DNA of 64,000 nucleotides from Inhella proteolytica (GTDB lineage Bacteria; Pseudomonadota; Gammaproteobacteria; Burkholderiales; Burkholderiaceae_C): positions 1 to 64,000 of the forward strand of contig NZ_JAEDAK010000005.1 in assembly GCF_016093275.1 (NCBI RefSeq). The letters run 5' to 3'. Made by a program: the position numbers and the translations under genes. Below are positions 58,562-64,000 of the stretch, one piece after another. How positions within the stretch are numbered: the stretch's first letter is position 1; every line of letters starts with the position of its first letter. The notes below the pieces were generated by a model that worked only from the letters and a program-made list of their open reading frames with translations, was not told the origin of the DNA and ran no database searches.

Positions 58562-59248
58562 ATGCGTGTTTCCTGGTGGGGGTGCGGCGCCCTGTTGGCG
58601 GCGCTGATGGACCCGGCCGCCGGCCAGACCCTGCTGCGCGGCGGCACCCCCGAAGGCCTGCCCGGCTATGCGCTGGGGCCGCAGGGCGAGCTGCGCGTCG
58701 AGTCGCCACAGAAGGCCGCGCTGCTGCAATGCGTCGAGCAGGCCCTGAATGTGCGCATCGTCTGGTCCGCCTACCCCACGCGGCGCGTGCTGCAGATGGT
58801 GGCGGAGCAGCAGCTCGACCTGGCCTTCCCGATGGGCTTCAACGAGGAGCGCGCCGCCCGCCTGCTGCAAAGCGAACCCGGCTGGGACAACCCCGACGTC
58901 TGGGTCTCGCTCAAGCCCATCCAGGTGCAGGACAAACGCCTGCGCCTGGGGGCCCGTCTGGGCTCACCCCAGCACGACGACCACCAGGGCCAGGGCTACG
59001 CCCGCGTGGTGGGCGCCGTGACCTATGAGGAACTCGCCAAGCTGCTGCTGCGCGACATGGTGGATGCCGTCATCCTGCCGCGCTCGCTGTTCGAGGACAT
59101 GAATGCCATCTGGCCCGCCGGCTACCAGCTGAGCGAGGGCAAGCCGCGGCGTTCCGGCTTCTACCTGGCGAAGTCCGACCCGCGCCAGCTGGCCGTGCCG
59201 CTGGACCAGGCCATCCGGCGCTGCCGGGGGGTGGGCAAGCCCGTCTGA
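58562..59248 (+). CDS. Periplasmic solute-binding protein (family 3) domain protein
   Basis: Signal peptide plus pattern typical of polar amino-acid-type SBP_bac_3. Confidence 0.55.
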   Translation: MRVSWWGCGALLAALMDPAAGQTLLRGGTPEGLPGYALGPQGELRVESPQKAALLQCVEQALNVRIVWSAYPTRRVLQMVAEQQLDLAFPMGFNEERAARLLQSEPGWDNPDVWVSLKPIQVQDKRLRLGARLGSPQHDDHQGQGYARVVGAVTYEELAKLLLRDMVDAVILPRSLFEDMNAIWPAGYQLSEGKPRRSGFYLAKSDPRQLAVPLDQAIRRCRGVGKPV

Positions 59249-59348
59249 TGATGGGTCTGAAGCGGCGAAGGGGCGCGCTATCCTGAGCCCCGCTGCCCCT
59301 TCAGGCCCCGGTTTGGTTCCCAGGGAAGCAGCGCAGAGCGGAGGGGAG

Positions 59349-61469
59349 ATGAGCGCGCGCGAGACCTTGCATCGCGAAGTCGGCCTGGCCTGGGTGGGCG
59401 CGGACGGGCAGCTGCTCTCGTTCAATGCCACGCTGCGCGGCTGGCTGGGCGAGGCCCGGCCCGAGCGCCTGGAGCAGCTGTTGCCCGTATTGACCCCCGC
59501 GCGCTGGGCGCGCTGGAAGGCCGAGGGCTTTGCCGACGTGCTGTCGCTGGAGCTCGGCGCGCCGGGCGGCGAACCCCTCGTGGTGCAGGTGCAGGCCGAC
59601 CCGGCGCCCGACGGCCTGTGCATGCTCAGCCTGTTGGGCAGCCTGCCAGCAGCCGAGCGCCTGGCCATCGACGCGCTGCAGCGCGCCGTGCTGGGCGCGG
59701 TGGCCAGTGGCGAGCCCCTGCGCGCCGTGATGGACCTGCTGTGCCGCGAGGTGGAGGCGCTTGCGCCCGAGCTGATGTGCAGCGTGCTGGCGGTGGATGC
59801 CCAGGGCCATGTGCACCCCCTGGCCGGCCCCAGCCTGCCAGTGGCCTACACGCAGGCGCTGGAAGGCCTGCCGATCGGACCCGTGGCGGGCAGCTGCGGC
59901 ACGGCCGCCTGGCGCCGCGAGCCGGTGGATGTGCGCTCGATCGCCACCGATCCGCTCTGGGCCCCCTACCGTGACTTGGCTTTGTCCTTCGGCCTGGCCG
60001 CCTGCTGGTCCACCCCGGTGCTGACGGATGTGGAGCGGCGCGTCGGCGCCACCTTCGCGTTGTACTACCGCGAGGAAGCGCCGGTGGCCGATTCCCACCG
60101 CCACCTGGTGCAGGCCTGCAGCCAGATGGTGCGCGTGGCCCTGCTGCACGACGAGCGCGAGCGCCGCATCCAGCAGCTGGCCTATGGCGACGACATCACC
60201 GGCCTGCCCAATCGCGCGCGCTTCACGCAGCGCGCCGAGGCCCTGCTGCAGGTTCAGGCCGCCGCGGGCACTGGCGGCGCGCTGCTGCTGATGGACCTGG
60301 ACCGCTTCAAGGCCGTCAACGAGCTGCAGGGCCATGCGGTGGGCAACGAGGTGCTGCGCCGCATCGGCGCGCGGCTGGCGCAGGCCCTGCCGGGCCTGGA
60401 CACCCTGGCGCGCCTGGGCGATGACGAGTTCGTCGTACTGCTGCCCGGCGCGGACCGCGCCGCCGCCGAGCGTGAGGCCCTGCGCCTGTGCGCGCTGGCG
60501 GCCGAGCCCCTGGTGCTGGAACGCGGCCAGCAGCTGCGCCTGGGCCTGAGCGTGGGCTTCAGCCTGTTCCCGCAGGATGGCCACACGCTTGACGCCCTGC
60601 TCAAGCACGCCGACATCGCACTCAACGCCGCCAAGCTCAGCGGGCGCAACACCGCGCGCGGCTTCAGCGCGGAGCAGGCGCAGGCCCTGCAGGAAAAGGC
60701 CTGGATGGAGGGCGAGCTGCGCGAGGCCCTGGCCCGCGGTGGCTTCGTGCTGCACTTCCAGCCGCAATGCAGCCTGCAGGATGGCCGCGTGCTCGGCGCC
60801 GAGGTGCTGCTGCGCTGGCCCCACCCGCAGCGCGGCCTGATCCCGCCGGACCGCTTCATCCCCGTGGCCGAGGAATGCGGCCTGATCGTGGCGCTTGACG
60901 CGTGGGTGCTGGACGCCGCCCTGCGGCAGCTGGCGCGCTGGCACGCCCAGGGCCTGGCCCTACCCAGCCTGGCGGTGAACCTCTCCCCGCCGCGTTTGCT
61001 GCATGGCGATCTGCAGGACCAGGTGCTGCGCCTGCTGGCGCAGACCGGCCTGCCGCCCTCGGCCCTGACGCTGGAGGTGACCGAGCGCCTGATGCTGGAC
61101 GAGCGCCAGGACCGCCGCGCCGTGGAGCCGCTCAGCCAGCTGCGCGCGCTCGGCGTGGGCGTGTCCATCGACGACTTCGGCACCGGCTATTCCTGCCTCG
61201 GCTATCTGCGCCGCCTGCCCATCTCGGAGCTGAAGATCGACCGCAGCTTCGTCCACGAACTGGCCGAGCGCCCCGAAGACCGCGCCCTGGTGGCCGCGAT
61301 GGTGACCATGGCGCGCGGTTGCCGGCTCCAACTGGTGGCTGAAGGCGTGGAAACCGAGGCCCAGGCCCAGGTGCTGCGCGAGCTGGGCTGCGACGCCTAC
61401 CAGGGCTACGGCCTGGCCCGGCCGATGCCGGCGGCGGAGTTGGAGGCCTGGCTGCGCGGGCGCTTGTAG
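59349..61469 (+). CDS. GAF-GGDEF-EAL signalling protein (c-di-GMP)
   Basis: GGDEF-site variant 'RLGDDEF'. EAL-domain motifs 'EVLLRWPHP', 'EVTERLML', 'DDFGTGYS', 'KIDRSFV', 'EGVETEAQ'. GAF-like region 'SVLAVDAQGHVHPLAG...'. Confidence 0.85.
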   Translation: MSARETLHREVGLAWVGADGQLLSFNATLRGWLGEARPERLEQLLPVLTPARWARWKAEGFADVLSLELGAPGGEPLVVQVQADPAPDGLCMLSLLGSLPAAERLAIDALQRAVLGAVASGEPLRAVMDLLCREVEALAPELMCSVLAVDAQGHVHPLAGPSLPVAYTQALEGLPIGPVAGSCGTAAWRREPVDVRSIATDPLWAPYRDLALSFGLAACWSTPVLTDVERRVGATFALYYREEAPVADSHRHLVQACSQMVRVALLHDERERRIQQLAYGDDITGLPNRARFTQRAEALLQVQAAAGTGGALLLMDLDRFKAVNELQGHAVGNEVLRRIGARLAQALPGLDTLARLGDDEFVVLLPGADRAAAEREALRLCALAAEPLVLERGQQLRLGLSVGFSLFPQDGHTLDALLKHADIALNAAKLSGRNTARGFSAEQAQALQEKAWMEGELREALARGGFVLHFQPQCSLQDGRVLGAEVLLRWPHPQRGLIPPDRFIPVAEECGLIVALDAWVLDAALRQLARWHAQGLALPSLAVNLSPPRLLHGDLQDQVLRLLAQTGLPPSALTLEVTERLMLDERQDRRAVEPLSQLRALGVGVSIDDFGTGYSCLGYLRRLPISELKIDRSFVHELAERPEDRALVAAMVTMARGCRLQLVAEGVETEAQAQVLRELGCDAYQGYGLARPMPAAELEAWLRGRL

Positions 61470-61479
61470 GGCAGCGGCT

Positions 61480-61962
61480 TCAGCGTGGCCGCTCGAACCC
61501 GCTCGCCACCCAGGCCTCGGCCGCGGCCTTGGTGAAGCGGAACTCGGCCGGTACGCGCTGCTCGGCCAGCTGCTTGCCGGCCGCGTCCTCGGCGCGCAGC
61601 AGCGCGTAGGGCTCGTCCTCCAGCGGCACGATCTCCAGGCTCACCTTCAGCCACTCGCCGTCCTGCGCCACGTAGAGCGATTTGTGCAGCTGCGCGCGCA
61701 GCTGCTGCTCGTGACGCTGGATCACCTCGCTGGCGGTCTTCACGAGGGTGTTGAAGGCGCTGCTGTCCAGCGGCTTGGGGTTCTTCTTGTCGCGCCCCAT
61801 GGTCCAGGGGCCCACCAGCGCGGGCTCGGACTGGCCGTCCAGGTACATCGCCACGGCCCAGCCCTCGTCGTCCTCGTTCTTGATGACCTGGGCCGTCCAG
61901 CCCTTGTCGCGCCAGCGGCGCGGTTCCTGCACCAGCGCCGGTTCGTCGTGTTCGTTGTCCAT
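61480..61962 (-). CDS. Hypothetical protein
   Basis: Start MDNEHDEPALVQEPRRW. Good codon bias. The track ORF is extended unsupported. Confidence 0.5.
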   Translation of the reverse strand: MDNEHDEPALVQEPRRWRDKGWTAQVIKNEDDEGWAVAMYLDGQSEPALVGPWTMGRDKKNPKPLDSSAFNTLVKTASEVIQRHEQQLRAQLHKSLYVAQDGEWLKVSLEIVPLEDEPYALLRAEDAAGKQLAEQRVPAEFRFTKAAAEAWVASGFERPR

Positions 61963-62496
61963 GGGCCGGCATTGTCCGTGCCGCTGCCGGAGGCACAGCA
62001 ATCGAGGCCCGCCGTGATCCGCTTCACGCCGCGCGGGGTGGCCCCGTATGGCGCCCACCGAAGGTGCTGGATAGCCTTGCGCCGCTCTTGCAACACCCCT
62101 CAGAAAAGCCACCATGCCCCATCGCCTGCTTGCCCGTTCCAGCGCCGACGACAGCCGCCACGCCCTGTCCATGAGCTTTGCGTTCTCCGAGACCCTGCCC
62201 TCGGTGAGTTGGGCACCGCCGCCCGCGGAGCTGCTGTACGACCAGACGCTGGCGCAGGAGCGCAGCGCGGCGCTGGAGCTGCCCGCCCTGGAAACGGCCT
62301 GGGCCGAGACCGAGCGCATGGGTCTTTGAGGCCGGCGCACGTCGCTACAAATTCAAGACAAATCCCCGACAGTCCGCGGATGCCTGGGAAGGGCACGCTT
62401 CATAGGATTCCGGCCAGTCCTCGGGATGCGGCTTGACTGCTCCACGAGGGAGGCTTGAACGGGGCGCCTAGACGCCCCTCTTGTGGAGCAACCCCT

Positions 62497-64000
62497 ATGC
62501 AATTCCCCTTGCTTTCGCGCTGGGCCGCCGGCCTGGCGCTGGGCGGCAGTGCGGCCCTGCTGGCCGCCTGTGGCGGTGGTGGCGCGGCCGAAGCCGGCGC
62601 CCCCGCGGTCTCGCGGCCGCTGGCCATCAGCGGCACCGCCGCCGTGGGCACCGCACTGGGCAATGCCACCGTGCAGGCCAAATGCCTGGCCGGTACCGGC
62701 CAGACCCAGACGGCCGCCGACGGCAGCTACAGCCTGCAGCTCACCGGGGCCCAGCTGCCCTGCGTGCTGCGCGTGCGCAATGCCGCCGGCCTGCAACTGC
62801 ACACCGTCACGCAGGACCAGGGCAACACCGCCGTGGCCAACATCACCCCGCTGACCGAGCTGCTGCTGACGCGCGCCGCGCAGCTGCCCGCCGCGCAGGT
62901 GTTCGACGGCTTCTCGCCCCAGCTGGCCGCCAGCCTCAAGCCCGATGCGCTGGCCGCCGCGCAGAGCCAGGTGGTGAGCCTGCTCAACGGCACGGTGGAC
63001 GCGAGCGGCATTGCCAGCTTCGTGCGCAGCCCGCTGAAGGCGGCGCAGCCCGGCGCGGCCTCGAGCGACCCGCATGACCAGGTGCTGGACCGCCTGCAGG
63101 AGCGCCTGCCGGCCGACAAGTTCGCCGCCCTGAACCAGCTGCTGGCCACCAAGGGCCCGCTGCCCGACCCGCAGCCCTTCAAGCCCGAGCTGTACGTGCG
63201 CAGCAGCACCTTGAGCCTGAGCGTGGGTGAGTCCCTGCCCCTGGTGGCCGATCTGAACTACCCGCCCAATGTGCGCTACATCCGCCCGCCGCTGAGCTGG
63301 AGCGTGGTGGAAACCGACGGCGGCACGCTGCGCAATGAAGGCCAGGGCTGGACCTACACCGCGCCCAACCAGGCCGGCACCTACCACCTGAAGGTGCAGC
63401 GCGACGACTTCGCGCAGGTCAGCGCCACCATCACCGTGCAGGTCACGGCCTTCGAGCCGCGCCTGGCCATCGAGCCGAGCGATTCCGCCGTGGTGCTGAT
63501 GCCCGGCCAGAAGCACTGGTTCCATGCCCGCTTCAATTACCAGCCCGGCTACGCCTACATCCGCCCGCCGGTGAGCTGGAAGGTGCTGGATGCCGACGGC
63601 GGCAGCATCACCCTGGACGGTGAGTACACCGCGCCGGCCAAGCCCGGGGTCTACACGCTGCGCGTGCAGCGCGACGACTTCCCGAACGTGAACCTGAGCT
63701 TCACGGTGCGCGTGGCGTCCTTCCAGAGCCTGAGCCACATCGCGCTGCCGCTGCAGCCCGCCGGCCTGAAGCCCGAGCAGACGGTGATCCGCAGCGAGGC
63801 CGCCTGGGCCGAGTGGAAGAAGTCGCGCCTGGTGCCGGCCGAGCCGCAGTCGGACGACGTCATCGACTTCGAGCGCCACATGGTGCTGGCCATCGTCTGG
63901 CCCGCGCTGAACCCCTGCGCCTCGGCGGATGTGCTGGACGTGGCGCCGGTGAACGGCAGCCTGCAGGTGACGGTGCAGACCCGCCCGGCCCCGCCCGGGG
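62497..64000 (+). CDS. Lipoprotein with tandem Ig-like (BIG_2-type) repeats; 3' end beyond the window
   Basis: Manually translated. ATG 62497 gives 'MQFPLLSRWAAGLALGGSAALLAACGGGG' (lipobox). Two ~85-aa repeats '..YIRPP(L/V)SW.V...DGG...YTAP..G.Y.L.VQRDDF...'. No stop before window end, so it is absent from the ORF track; the 508-aa minus ORF 62353..63879 is its antisense shadow. Confidence 0.6.
   Translation, partial: MQFPLLSRWAAGLALGGSAALLAACGGGGAAEAGAPAVSRPLAISGTAAVGTALGNATVQAKCLAGTGQTQTAADGSYSLQLTGAQLPCVLRVRNAAGLQLHTVTQDQGNTAVANITPLTELLLTRAAQLPAAQVFDGFSPQLAASLKPDALAAAQSQVVSLLNGTVDASGIASFVRSPLKAAQPGAASSDPHDQVLDRLQERLPADKFAALNQLLATKGPLPDPQPFKPELYVRSSTLSLSVGESLPLVADLNYPPNVRYIRPPLSWSVVETDGGTLRNEGQGWTYTAPNQAGTYHLKVQRDDFAQVSATITVQVTAFEPRLAIEPSDSAVVLMPGQKHWFHARFNYQPGYAYIRPPVSWKVLDADGGSITLDGEYTAPAKPGVYTLRVQRDDFPNVNLSFTVRVASFQSLSHIALPLQPAGLKPEQTVIRSEAAWAEWKKSRLVPAEPQSDDVIDFERHMVLAIVWPALNPCASADVLDVAPVNGSLQVTVQTRPAPPG

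Noticed and set aside
59301-60944. 547-aa minus ORF
   Set aside because: Antisense to the GAF-GGDEF-EAL gene, which has unambiguous EAL/GGDEF motifs.
62114-62329. 71-aa plus ORF (MPHRLLARSS...)
   Set aside because: No RBS, no motif, very short; could be real but evidence is insufficient. The region is more likely the promoter/5' region of the downstream lipoprotein gene.
62353-63879. 508-aa minus ORF
   Set aside because: Antisense to the open-ended lipoprotein ORF starting at 62497, which has a lipobox, internal protein repeats and better GC3 bias.
1-64000. tRNA/rRNA genes
   Set aside because: No region with the lower-GC, cloverleaf-compatible structure of a tRNA or any rRNA-like conserved stretch was recognised by eye. 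A tRNAscan/Infernal run would be needed to be certain.

Overview
Very high-GC (roughly 68-70%) window, densely coding; most likely chromosomal DNA of a Burkholderiales-type betaproteobacterium. Supporting this: DUF4124, DUF4148 and PEP-CTERM proteins, a cyanide-insensitive-type cytochrome bd oxidase, and many Tat/Sec-secreted proteins. Content is mostly metabolic and envelope genes. Identified: a diheme cytochrome c, an orphan TPP-dependent E1 alpha/beta dehydrogenase pair, a cytochrome bd oxidase with an overlapping MarR/GbsR-type regulator, uridine kinase, LysR/AraC regulators, a GAF-GGDEF-EAL protein, and several peptidases and hydrolases.

The most notable locus is 16.6-26.8 kb. It is a tightly coupled operon of YjfI(DUF2170), a PspA/IM30 (YjfJ-like) protein, a small unknown protein, a YqiJ/NfeD-like membrane protein, a 733-aa flotillin (SPFH) and a Zn-ribbon protein. 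A functionally uncharacterised ~1690-aa protein with a C-terminal AAA+ ATPase domain follows immediately. I read this as a multi-component membrane-remodelling / envelope-stress (possibly defence) module.

Three compositionally foreign insertions are visible:
- an AT-rich (~45-50% GC) 2-kb islet encoding two secreted proteins, between an ORF6N (phage KilA-N-like) gene and an NYN-nuclease gene;
- a ~2.7-kb lower-GC insert carrying an RTX/PPC/DUF4214 protein, bracketed by ~240-bp direct repeats of the udk 3' end;
- a lower-GC DUF1963/YwqG gene.

Other points: an IS481-like transposase fragment at the left edge; a repeat-rich intergenic region with hairpins and a heptamer microsatellite; a tandem-caspase (C14) Tat-secreted protein; and a lipoprotein ORF that runs off the right edge (absent from the ORF track because it has no stop in the window). 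Many long antisense 'shadow' ORFs typical of GC-rich DNA were rejected.

Because I cannot run searches here, all functional calls rest on motif and architecture recognition.
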